Positions 38,884 to 46,967 of a stretch of 64,000 bases of DNA are shown here, piece after piece (within the stretch, counting starts at the first letter, position 1; the number at the start of each line of letters is the position of its first letter). The stretch covers positions 185,970-249,969 of the forward strand of contig CAZHMU010000001.1 of NCBI GenBank assembly GCA_964533825.1, in the 5' to 3' direction. The translations under genes and the position numbers were made by a program. The notes beneath the pieces were generated by a model that was given only the letters and a program-made list of their open reading frames with translations, was not told the DNA's origin and did not search any database. The stretch is from an uncultured Oscillospiraceae bacterium. GTDB taxonomy: Bacteria > Bacillota > Clostridia > Christensenellales > CAG-314.

Positions 38884-40266
38884 ATGAAAAAAATTCTACA
38901 AAAAATTGATAAATACTTTCACGTCAGCGAACGCGGAACCACAATAGGCCGTGAAATTTTGATGGGTGCGATTGTGTTTTTGGCTATGGTATACATACTG
39001 CCAGTAAATGCAGGTATTTTGGGGAGCGTTCCCGGCTCGAATATGACAGCGATATTCATTGGTACGGCGCTATGCTCGGCTATAGCCTGCCTTGTGATGG
39101 GATTTGTTGGCAAATACCCACTGGCGCTTTGCACAGGTATGAGCATGAACTCGTACATTACTTACACCATTTGTTCGCAATCAAAAATGGGCTTCACTTG
39201 GGGCGAAGCAATGACGCTGACATTTATTTCCGGCGCGATATTCTTTGTTATCACCCTTACACCACTACGACAATGGATCATCAATGCTATTCCTAAATCA
39301 ATCAAGAGCGCTATTTCCGCTGCGCTTGGCGCATTTATTGCTATGATAGGCCTAAAGGGATGCGGGGTGGTAAACTTTGACGCTGGCCTTCCCACTTTGG
39401 GCGCTTTGGATAACCCAACAATTCTTTTGGGGGTGGGCGCAATATTACTTTCCTTTGCGCTGTCCCAATCCAAAGGGCTTGTAGGTAAGCTTTCCATCGT
39501 TATCACGATGGGCATAACCGTTGTTGTTGGGCTGATTTTAGGAGCAGTTGGTGTACAAGGTATGCCAGAGTTTGACTCCAGTTTTTCCAACATTGGCGAA
39601 AACTTTGGGGCATTTGCCGACAATTTTGGCCAATGCTTTGACTTTGCTGGAGTGTTTGCAAACGTTTCTTCTGTTGCAGTGATATTTTCGATGGTATTTG
39701 TGTGCATGTTTGACGCAACAGGCACATTGATTGCTGTGGGCAAAGATTGTGGCATTTTGGACCAAAACGGACAGTTGGTTGGGGGCAAAAGAGTTTTGCT
39801 CGCCGATGCAACAGGCGCGCTTTTGTGCGGTTTGTTTGGAACATCCACCATTGCCCCACTTGCAGAGTCCTCTGTTGGTATTTCAAGCGGTGCAAAAACT
39901 GGCATCACGGCCATTGTGACAGGATTGCTGTTTGCTCTTTCTACACTACTTTACCCGGTGTTTACTGTGTTTGCACCCATCAATGGACTTACTCCTGTTA
40001 CATCCTTTGCACTTGTTAGCGTTGGAGCTAATATATTCCAAAACATAAAAGATATCGATTGGAAGGACCCAATCGTCGCATTGACGACATTTGTTATTGT
40101 TATAATGACAATTTTGTCCTACTCCATTTCCGACGGACTTGGTCTTGGGTTGATTGTTTATGCACTGTTGTCACTTGTGTGTGGAAAAGGCAAGCAAGTT
40201 AGCCCCGCAATCTACATCATTGCTGGATTTTTCCTTGTAAACTACATTGTTCAAGCAATAATATAG
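38884..40266 (+). CDS. NCS2/AzgA-family purine (guanine/hypoxanthine/adenine) permease
   Basis: 460 aa. The N-terminus FHVSERGTTIGREILMGAIVFLAMVYILPVNAGIL is characteristic of the AzgA/PbuG family. Confidence 0.88.
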   Translation: MKKILQKIDKYFHVSERGTTIGREILMGAIVFLAMVYILPVNAGILGSVPGSNMTAIFIGTALCSAIACLVMGFVGKYPLALCTGMSMNSYITYTICSQSKMGFTWGEAMTLTFISGAIFFVITLTPLRQWIINAIPKSIKSAISAALGAFIAMIGLKGCGVVNFDAGLPTLGALDNPTILLGVGAILLSFALSQSKGLVGKLSIVITMGITVVVGLILGAVGVQGMPEFDSSFSNIGENFGAFADNFGQCFDFAGVFANVSSVAVIFSMVFVCMFDATGTLIAVGKDCGILDQNGQLVGGKRVLLADATGALLCGLFGTSTIAPLAESSVGISSGAKTGITAIVTGLLFALSTLLYPVFTVFAPINGLTPVTSFALVSVGANIFQNIKDIDWKDPIVALTTFVIVIMTILSYSISDGLGLGLIVYALLSLVCGKGKQVSPAIYIIAGFFLVNYIVQAII

Positions 40267-40313
40267 ACAGAAAAACACACAACAATACTATCACAACAAT
40301 TAAAAGCACATGA

Positions 40314-40349
40314 AAAAGCAGATTGATCAAATTCAATCTGCTTTTTTTT
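40314..40349 (+). terminator. Intrinsic terminator (bidirectional) after the permease gene
   Basis: 13-bp stem aaaagcagattga/tcaatctgctttt followed by T8. Confidence 0.7.
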
Positions 40350-40414
40350 ACTGTCTATTTTTTGAAATTAAGTAACTGCCGAAAGGTAATTGTTTTGGGA
40401 ATAGCACCGCAAGA

Positions 40415-40612
40415 TTATCTTTCGTCTTCAAATGTGATGTCGTGCGCCTTGCAGAACTCTGCAAATGCCTTTTGTGCACGATAATTTGGATTACAACGAC
40501 CAGTCTCCCAACGGTTGACGGTAGCAAAAGCCACGCCCAATTCTTTAGCTAACATTTCTTGACTGAGATAAAGCTTTTTACGAACCAGTTTTACGCAATC
40601 TTTGAATTCCAC
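40415..40612 (-). CDS. XRE-family helix-turn-helix regulator
   Basis: LSQEMLAKELGVAFATVNRWETG is an HTH_3 motif. The GTG start at 40612 follows AAAGGAGGG. The ORF-track TTG start at 40660 is less likely. Confidence 0.75.
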   Translation of the reverse strand: MEFKDCVKLVRKKLYLSQEMLAKELGVAFATVNRWETGRCNPNYRAQKAFAEFCKAHDITFEDER

Positions 40613-40729
40613 AGTAAACCCTCCTTTAGCATATTGTTCATTGGTATGATTATACCACAATTCAAATCAATTTGCAATAGTATTTGATTCTTTTTGATAC
40701 GATTTTTTATTGTCGTAACAAACTGTACA

Positions 40730-41350
40730 TCAGCCAGGAATTTTGAGTACGCCGAACAGCAATACACCAAGACCGGCCGAAAGCACAATCATAAATATTG
40801 GGTGCAACTTTTTACCTTTGATTTTTAAGCGAGAAAGGGGTAAAAATGCGCACATCAATATGAGTGAAACCCAGTTGAAGGGGCTTATGCTTGACGATCC
40901 AATATCAGTCAAATCAACGCTTGGCAAAACAACGTTCAATGCAATACCTATCATGGCGGAAAGTATCAATCCCACAACCACTGGACGGATGCCATAAAGT
41001 GCGCCTTGCACATACTTTGATGTTTTGAATTGCTCCATTACTTTTGAAACTATGACAATAATTACAAGCGAAGGCAATACGACCGCAAAGGTCGCAATGC
41101 ACGCGCCAAGCACTCCGCCCCAAAATCCATATTGCTCGTTGCCAACGATAGTTCCCACAAATGTAGCAAGGTTGATGGCAAAAGGCCCAGGAGTAGACTC
41201 GGCAACACCAATAAAGTCGTAAAGTTGGTCAGCTGATAGCCAGTTGTACTTTTGCACTACCTGTATTACCATAGGTAACATTGCATATCCACCGCCGATG
41301 GTAAACAGACCTATCTTGAAGTACTCCCAAAACAGTTGAAGGTAGATCAT
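40730..41350 (-). CDS. chrA: Chromate transporter (CHR) family, short-chain half
   Basis: 206 aa; FKIGLFTIGGGYAMLPMV is the CHR signature. Confidence 0.85.
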   Translation of the reverse strand: MIYLQLFWEYFKIGLFTIGGGYAMLPMVIQVVQKYNWLSADQLYDFIGVAESTPGPFAINLATFVGTIVGNEQYGFWGGVLGACIATFAVVLPSLVIIVIVSKVMEQFKTSKYVQGALYGIRPVVVGLILSAMIGIALNVVLPSVDLTDIGSSSISPFNWVSLILMCAFLPLSRLKIKGKKLHPIFMIVLSAGLGVLLFGVLKIPG

Positions 41351-41967
41351 TGTTGCACCTCCTCTGTTGCGTTGTCTTGCGCCAAGTCCTGGCTTTCAGC
41401 AACAACAAGTGGCTTGTTTTTGTTTGCTTTGTCTTTGATTAGCGTGATGATAATTCCGCAAACAGCACCAAACAATATGAGAAAAATAACATTGAACTCT
41501 GTTAGGGTTGCAATGGCAAAAGCAACAACAAGGGCAAGATAGTTGTAGACATCATTTTCAATTTGCTTAGCCATTTTGGTGAAGGCATTTACAACAAGTA
41601 CAGTAACGCAAGCTTGGATACCCTTGAATGCACTTTGATACCAAACGTTAGCTTGAAATGCAGAAATGACGTAGGAAAGGGCGGAAATAATCAAAAACGA
41701 TGGCAAAACTACACCAAAAGTTGCAATGATTGCACCCAAGATTCCACGCATCTTGTAGCCAACGGATGATGCCGTGTTGACAGCAATTACACCTGGGGTG
41801 GACTCGGCCACAACAATCATATCCAACATATCTTGTGTTGTTATCCATTTTTTGTTGTTGACAAGTTCCTCTTGCAAGATGGATATCATTGCATATCCAC
41901 CGCCAAAGGTAAACAAGCCGGTTTTGAAAAATGTGGCAAAAAGTTGCCAAAGTGAAGTTTTTTTCAT
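41347..41967 (-). CDS. chrA: Chromate transporter (CHR) family, short-chain half
   Basis: 206 aa; FKTGLFTFGGGYAMISIL. A 4-nt overlap with the downstream half suggests translational coupling. Confidence 0.85.
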   Translation of the reverse strand: MKKTSLWQLFATFFKTGLFTFGGGYAMISILQEELVNNKKWITTQDMLDMIVVAESTPGVIAVNTASSVGYKMRGILGAIIATFGVVLPSFLIISALSYVISAFQANVWYQSAFKGIQACVTVLVVNAFTKMAKQIENDVYNYLALVVAFAIATLTEFNVIFLILFGAVCGIIITLIKDKANKNKPLVVAESQDLAQDNATEEVQQ

Positions 41968-41976
41968 ATAAATCCT

Positions 41977-42886
41977 TTACTTGGAAAATATTTTTGGCAT
42001 AGTGCGCAAAACTGCTATAACATCATTGTCCACAAAGTCTGGCAGATAATTCCCAGTTGCCGACCGCACATCTTGAGTAAAGCCATTAGATAGCCCAACG
42101 TTGTGAAAATAGTCACAAACGCTTTGGTACTCGTGCTTGAACAGTTTTCGGTTTAGCTGAGTGAATTTGCCGTCAAAACGTGCAGGAAAGTATTGCGACA
42201 TCAAACTAACATGGATGTTGGCATCAAATGATGACAACCAATCCAAAATACGTTTGCTGTCTTCTACACAGCCAGGCAAAACAAGGTGGCGTACGATTAC
42301 ACCTTTCTTGATGTAACCATCACAAAACTCGTCAGTGGGTTGTTGCCTACGCATCTCACAAATAGCCTTTGTGGCAACATCAAAGTAGTCTGGTGCGCTC
42401 GCAAAGTCCTTGGCGATCAAGTTGGCTACAAAACTTCAAATCGGGCAAATAAACGTCTACAAGCCCTTCAAAAAGGCGAATTGTTTGCACCTTTTCGTAA
42501 CTGCTGGTGTTGTACACCACTGGGATTGTCAAATATGGCTTGGCAAGTTTGAGAGCTTGAGCAACCTTGTCGGCAAAGTGACTTGCAGTCACCAAGTTGA
42601 TATTTGCAACGCCCAAACTTTGCACATACAAGAAAATATCGGCAAGCTGTTCTATCGTTACTGCAACACCATGCGGCTCAACTGTTATATCGTAGTTTTG
42701 GCAAAAGCGACAGCGAAGGTTGCACCCAGCAAAAAACACAGTGCCACTGCTCGTTGTACCAGAAATACAAGGCTCTTCCCACGCGTGTGGCGCAACACGA
42801 GATATTGTCACGTCACTTGTGGCACAAAATCCATTTTGCAGTTGTCGGTCCACATTGCAGTTGCGCGGACAAAGGGTACAATTCAT
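41977..42886 (-). pseudogene. Radical-SAM (PflX/PFL-activase-like) gene split by a +1 frameshift
   Basis: The upstream ORF has a CxxxCxxC cluster (FFAGCNLRCRFCQN) and ends VYLPDLKF + 16 junk residues. The downstream ORF continues with IAKDFASAPDYF.... Deleting one T from the coding-strand TTTT (A4 at 42430-42433 on +) restores ...LPDLKFVANLIAKDFASAPDYF.... Confidence 0.75.
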
Positions 42887-43025
42887 TTGCGCCTCGCCAA
42901 GGTTGATATGCCAACATTATACACCACCTTGGGGAAATTATCAACTATTAAGCCGCCAAAAAGGGGCAAGCTGTAAGGGTTTTGTTGCAACAAATCGCAA
43001 TACAATATCACAATGGAGTTTGACA

Positions 43026-43703
43026 TTGTTTGCATTGTTTGACATTTTGAAGAAAATACTGTTTTTTACCGGCTATTTTGCAAATGGTAGCTACCCAAAG
43101 CCCCTTTCGGCAGAAGAGGAAGCATTGTGCCTCAAAAAGATGCAAAATGGAAGCAAATCTGCACGTGACAAGCTGATTTGCCACAATATGCGACTTGTAG
43201 CTCACGTCGCAAAAAAATACGGCAAAAATGACATGGATGACCTTATTTCCATTGGCTCTATTGGGCTAATCAAAGGGGTGGAAAGTTACTCGACATCCAA
43301 AGGCACTACACTTGCGACCTACCTTGCAAGGTGCATCGAAAACGAAATTTTGATGCATTTGCGCGCCAACAAAAAGTACCAAAACACAGTGTACTTGCAA
43401 AACACTTTGGGCGTGGACAATGACGGAAACGAATACACTTTGATGGACATTTTGGCTGTCAAAGAAGACAGCGTGTTTCATCAAGCGGAGATATCAATTT
43501 TGCGTGACAATTTGCTCAAGTTGATACGACAACATTTGACGGAGCAGGAACAAAAAATAATACTTTTGCGGTATGGCATTGAGCCCAACAGCACACCACT
43601 GACACAACTACAGACGGCAAAGATAATGGGTATCAGTCGCAGTTACATATCGCGCATTGAAACACGCGCGTTGGAAAAGTTGCGCAAGCATATGGAAGTA
43701 TGA
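43026..43703 (+). CDS. sigK: Sporulation sigma factor, pro-sigma-K type
   Basis: NMRLVAHVAKKY, DLISIGSIGLIKGVESY, KGTTLATYLARCIENEILMHLRA and GISRSYISRIE are closest to SigK. A hydrophobic pro-sequence (FALFDILKKILFFTGYFANGSYPKPLS) is present. In-frame TTG codons lie at 43020, 43026 and 43035. TTG 43026 is 7 nt after GGAG, so I chose it; the exact start is uncertain. Confidence 0.78.
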   Translation: MFALFDILKKILFFTGYFANGSYPKPLSAEEEALCLKKMQNGSKSARDKLICHNMRLVAHVAKKYGKNDMDDLISIGSIGLIKGVESYSTSKGTTLATYLARCIENEILMHLRANKKYQNTVYLQNTLGVDNDGNEYTLMDILAVKEDSVFHQAEISILRDNLLKLIRQHLTEQEQKIILLRYGIEPNSTPLTQLQTAKIMGISRSYISRIETRALEKLRKHMEV

Positions 43704-43724
43704 AGCGCATTTGTGGAACAAACA

Positions 43725-43754
43725 AAAACGCATCGAAACAATCGATGCGTTTTT
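43725..43754. terminator. Bidirectional intrinsic terminator between sigK and the NYN gene
   Basis: 12-bp stem aaaacgcatcga/tcgatgcgtttt flanked by A and T runs. Confidence 0.7.
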
Positions 43755-43770
43755 GTATTTTAGCTAATTT

Positions 43771-44772
43771 CTATTCAAGGGAATCCAAGAGCTTTTTGAT
43801 TTCGTCAATCAATTCGCCGTCGCTACCCGCGGACTTGCGCATTTCTTCAATCTTGCGAAGAAGGTCAGAGTCGTCTTGTGGAGCGTAGGCTGCGCGTGGA
43901 GCTGTTGGTTCTGCAGGAGTTTCAACAGGGGCTTCCACTGGAGCAGGAGTTGGCTCAACAGGAGCTTCTACTGGAGTTTCAACGGGTGTTTCTACTGGCT
44001 CTTCCACTACTGCTGGAGCAACAGGAGCTTCAGCCACTGGTTCGACAGGAGCAGCTGGAATCTCCACTTGAGGTTGGCTTGTTTTTTCTACTTCAGCGCG
44101 AAGGCGGTCTATTTCCTTCAAAAGTTGATCCATACGAGAAACTTCGGCGGAAACAGTTGGTTCAGCAGGTGCTGGTTCTGGTTCAACAGGTGCTGGTTCT
44201 GGTTCAACAGGTGTTGGTGCTGGTTCAACAGGAACTTGCACAGGAGCTGGTGCAACTGGTTCTTCAACTACTGGTTCTTCAACTACTGGATCAACGACTG
44301 GTGCTGCCTTTGGTTTTGCTGGAGTGCGTGGCAACTTGAGAGTTTCCACCTTGCCGCTGTCAACTGTTTCGTCAACAAGCGCCATTGTGTTTTCGTCACC
44401 ATTGTTCAAAGAGACAACCTTGATGCCTCTTTCGCGAAGGTATGCATACAGGTACACCATGTCAGCAGGCAATGCAACGATACAAACAGTATCAATACCG
44501 CGAGAGTGGTTTACCTTGTCTACAACGTCAACAATGATACGGTTGTCAAAAGTTTTACGACCGCGTTTGCGTGCGCCACGAACAACGGTATATCCGCGAG
44601 CATCAGCTTGCGCCAAAACGTCCTTGTGGGTACGCTCGGTTGCGCCGTAAACTGTACCGCTGATAACTTGACCCATTTCTTCAAGTTGGCTTACGATGTT
44701 ATTGTAGTGTTGAGCGGACAACTCTGTGTTGTACAAATCAATAAAAAATGCAATGTTTCTTTCTTTGAGCAT
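43771..44772 (-). CDS. NYN/LabA-like domain protein with a long P/E/V-rich repeat linker and a helical C-terminus
   Basis: 333 aa; RBS GGAGGTG. The N-terminal ~135 aa (IAFFIDLYNT...VCIVALPADMVYL..ERGIKVV) look NYN-like. Next come about 150 aa of PVEP/EPAP repeats interrupted by one coiled segment. The NYN call is from motif memory. Confidence 0.6.
   Translation of the reverse strand: MLKERNIAFFIDLYNTELSAQHYNNIVSQLEEMGQVISGTVYGATERTHKDVLAQADARGYTVVRGARKRGRKTFDNRIIVDVVDKVNHSRGIDTVCIVALPADMVYLYAYLRERGIKVVSLNNGDENTMALVDETVDSGKVETLKLPRTPAKPKAAPVVDPVVEEPVVEEPVAPAPVQVPVEPAPTPVEPEPAPVEPEPAPAEPTVSAEVSRMDQLLKEIDRLRAEVEKTSQPQVEIPAAPVEPVAEAPVAPAVVEEPVETPVETPVEAPVEPTPAPVEAPVETPAEPTAPRAAYAPQDDSDLLRKIEEMRKSAGSDGELIDEIKKLLDSLE
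44159..44233. repeat. Tandem 21-bp repeat (about 3.6 copies) within the NYN-gene linker
   Basis: ggttcagcaggtgctggttct / ggttcaacaggtgctggttct / ggttcaacaggtgttggtgct / ggttcaacagga, read directly. It encodes the EPAPVEP units. Confidence 0.9.
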
Positions 44773-44823
44773 AGTGCACCTCCATAAGATTGGTTATATT
44801 TTACAAGATATTTTGTAATTTGT

Positions 44824-45639
44824 CTATACTTTTCTTTGAAAATAAAATAAATATTGTTGACAAAGGCCTGCATCTGCGCCAAAAAGTTGACAGAAATAGT
44901 CGGAAATTTGGTGATCTGCATGACCTTGCTCAAAATATTGATGGTAAACCTTTTTGAGCCAAGTGTCCACAGGGAACACGTCGCCATGGCGCATACCGAA
45001 AAGAAGGATGCAATCGGCAACCTTTGGGCCCACTCCCATAAAAGTCAACAGCTCTTTTCGTGCAGTGAGTGTGTCCATTTTTGCGAGACTCTCAAGGTCG
45101 TAGTTTAGCAGTTTTTGCGCTGTGGCAAGCAGATACTTATCTCTATAGCCTGCGCCCAAGTTAGAGTAAAAATCTACTGTTTGCGATGCCATCTTTTCCA
45201 CAGTGGGAAAGGCGTAGCCGTACTCGGTTTGTTCGCCAAGTGCGTGGCAAAGTCGATCAACAATCAGTTGAATACGCTTGATATTGTTGTTTGCAGAAAT
45301 GATAAAGCAAAAAATCATCTCTGTAAGGTCTTGATTCAAAATACGAATACCCTTGCCGTAGTTTACAGCCTCTGCCATCAGTGGAGAAATAGCGGAAATG
45401 CGCGTAGTCTTTTCGTCATAGTCGGTATCGCAATCGAAAAAGTTCCAAAAGTAGTCCTTGTCTGCCGTGTACACAAAGACTTCACTTTCCCCTTGCACCA
45501 CTTGGCAATACTTGTCTTGCGAAAAAACTTCGTATGTGGCATCAGACAATTTTTTGTACCTAAAAATCTGTCCACACTCTAAAGTGTCCTTGACGTTGAA
45601 AGTGTTTGTTGGGTATGTAAAAGCAAGTGGTAAGTTCAT
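44824..45639 (-). CDS. ogg: 8-oxoguanine DNA glycosylase (Ogg-type, HhH-GPD)
   Basis: TLECGQIFRY at the N-terminus; HhH-GPD motif FMGVGPKVADCILLFG....FPVDTW. I use the ATG at 45639; a TTG at 45669 is an alternative start. Confidence 0.8.
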   Translation of the reverse strand: MNLPLAFTYPTNTFNVKDTLECGQIFRYKKLSDATYEVFSQDKYCQVVQGESEVFVYTADKDYFWNFFDCDTDYDEKTTRISAISPLMAEAVNYGKGIRILNQDLTEMIFCFIISANNNIKRIQLIVDRLCHALGEQTEYGYAFPTVEKMASQTVDFYSNLGAGYRDKYLLATAQKLLNYDLESLAKMDTLTARKELLTFMGVGPKVADCILLFGMRHGDVFPVDTWLKKVYHQYFEQGHADHQISDYFCQLFGADAGLCQQYLFYFQRKV

Positions 45640-45751
45640 TTGTGTGTGTCCTTGTTGGATGTTGCTCAAAATTTTACTTGAGCCTGTTGATATGATTATA
45701 TTCTACAATACTTTGATGAACAAAATCAAGAGATATTGCACAATATTTGAA

Positions 45752-45785
45752 AATAAAAAACCCAAGGAATGTTCTCCTTGGGTTT
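45752..45785 (-). terminator. Intrinsic terminator after rpmA
   Basis: 11-bp stem aaacccaagga/tccttgggttt. The minus strand is followed by a U-run. Confidence 0.65.
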
Positions 45786-45800
45786 GTGTTTACTGTTTGA

Positions 45801-46082
45801 TTACTCTGCGATTGGGTAAACGGAAACTTGTCTTTTTGTTTTGATTGTTTCGAACTTTACAACGCCGTCAATCAAAGCGAACAATGTGTCATCCTTACCG
45901 ATACCTACGTTGTTACCAGGATGGAAATGTGTACCACGTTGTCTAACAAGAATGTTACCAGCTTTTGCAAATTGACCGTCAGCACGTTTAGCGCCAAGAC
46001 GTTTGCTTTCGCTGTCACGACCGTTCTTTGTGGAGCCCACACCTTTTTTGTGAGCAAACAACTGCAACTTAATAAATGTCAT
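45801..46082 (-). CDS. rpmA: 50S ribosomal protein L27 with an N-terminal propeptide
   Basis: MTFIKLQLF|[21 protein letters not shown].... The 9-residue extension before AHKKG is the Firmicute Prp-cleaved propeptide. Confidence 0.95.
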   Translation of the reverse strand: MTFIKLQLFAHKKGVGSTKNGRDSESKRLGAKRADGQFAKAGNILVRQRGTHFHPGNNVGIGKDDTLFALIDGVVKFETIKTKRQVSVYPIAE

Positions 46083-46083
46083 A

Positions 46084-46413
46084 TCAAATTACCTCCAAAT
46101 TGATGTAGTCGGAGTACTGTTCGTACAAATCCATAAGACCACAAAGCATCGTGTTCAATACGATATCGGCATCGTGCCTTTCTGCTGTGCTTATGTTTTG
46201 TGGAACGGTAAACCGTAGTGAGCCTGTGTTTTCGTCGACGGTGTACTTTACGTTGATTGCTACAACTTGCAACAATCCAAGGAGCGCTGTTTGGATGAGT
46301 GTGGAAACACCCGCGCAAACAATGTCTTCGCCCTGCTCGCCATAGCCTGTGTGGCCGTTGGCATCCACCTCGACAATCGAATTGTTAATTCGTGTGATTT
46401 TGATGTCTGTCAT
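46084..46413 (-). CDS. prp: Ribosomal-processing cysteine protease Prp
   Basis: 109 aa between rplU and rpm[21 protein letters not shown] is the DUF464/Prp His/Cys motif. Confidence 0.85.
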   Translation of the reverse strand: MTDIKITRINNSIVEVDANGHTGYGEQGEDIVCAGVSTLIQTALLGLLQVVAINVKYTVDENTGSLRFTVPQNISTAERHDADIVLNTMLCGLMDLYEQYSDYINLEVI

Positions 46414-46721
46414 TAGGCAACTGTGATTGAAGTAACCTTCAACTTTGTATATGGTTGTCTGTGACCTTGACGTTTGCGAATGTTCTTTTTAGCTTTGTAA
46501 GTAAAGATGTTGATTTTCTTACCTTTGCCATGCTCTACTACTGTTGCTTGAACCTTTACGCTTGCTGCATCATTGCCTACAAAAACTTTGTTTTCATCAG
46601 CAGCCAAAACAACTTCAAGTTCTACTGTGGAATCAACTTCAGCGTTCAAAAGTTCTGTTTCAAAAATAAGACCTTCTGTAACTTTGTATTGCTTTCCACC
46701 TGTCTTTACGATTGCATACAT
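46413..46721 (-). CDS. rplU: 50S ribosomal protein L21
   Basis: MYAIVKTGGKQYKVTEG...; 102 aa. Confidence 0.95.
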   Translation of the reverse strand: MYAIVKTGGKQYKVTEGLIFETELLNAEVDSTVELEVVLAADENKVFVGNDAASVKVQATVVEHGKGKKINIFTYKAKKNIRKRQGHRQPYTKLKVTSITVA

Positions 46722-46873
46722 TGTGTTTTACCTCCCATTAAAATAGAGACTCGCTAAACTAAGGTGCTTGTAAACAAGACTTGACAAAAAACCCCATTTA
46801 TGCGGCCGAGATATATGTTACACCATTTGCGTGCGTTTGTCAAACAATTTGCGGTAATTTTATACCAAAAAGC

Positions 46874-46903
46874 AACAAAAAAGCCTCTGCAAGGAGCAAA
46901 GGC
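46874..46903 (-). terminator. Intrinsic terminator after the pullulanase gene
   Basis: In the minus-strand RNA, stem gcctttgc/gcagaggc (one G.U pair) is followed by ttttttgttgcttttt. Confidence 0.5.
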
Positions 46904-46967
46904 AATTTTGTAAAGTGTTGTGTTTGCGGAAATAGAACCACGCTATTTGCCCTGCAACAATATCGCT

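Noticed and set aside
42380-42440. Programmed ribosomal frameshifting in the radical-SAM gene.
   Set aside because: I cannot exclude it, but there is no recognisable stimulatory structure or slippery heptamer beyond the T4 run. A mutation or a homopolymer sequencing error is the simpler explanation, so I report it as a pseudogene/frameshift to verify.
42720-43025. 102-codon N-terminal extension of the sigK ORF.
   Set aside because: The extension is antisense to the radical-SAM gene and has no sigma-factor similarity. SigK homology and the RBS begin at about 43015-43026.
43026-43703. A skin-like intervening element or recombinase interrupting sigK.
   Set aside because: The sigma-factor reading frame is continuous from region 1.2 through region 4.2. 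The adjacent broken gene is an unrelated radical-SAM enzyme.
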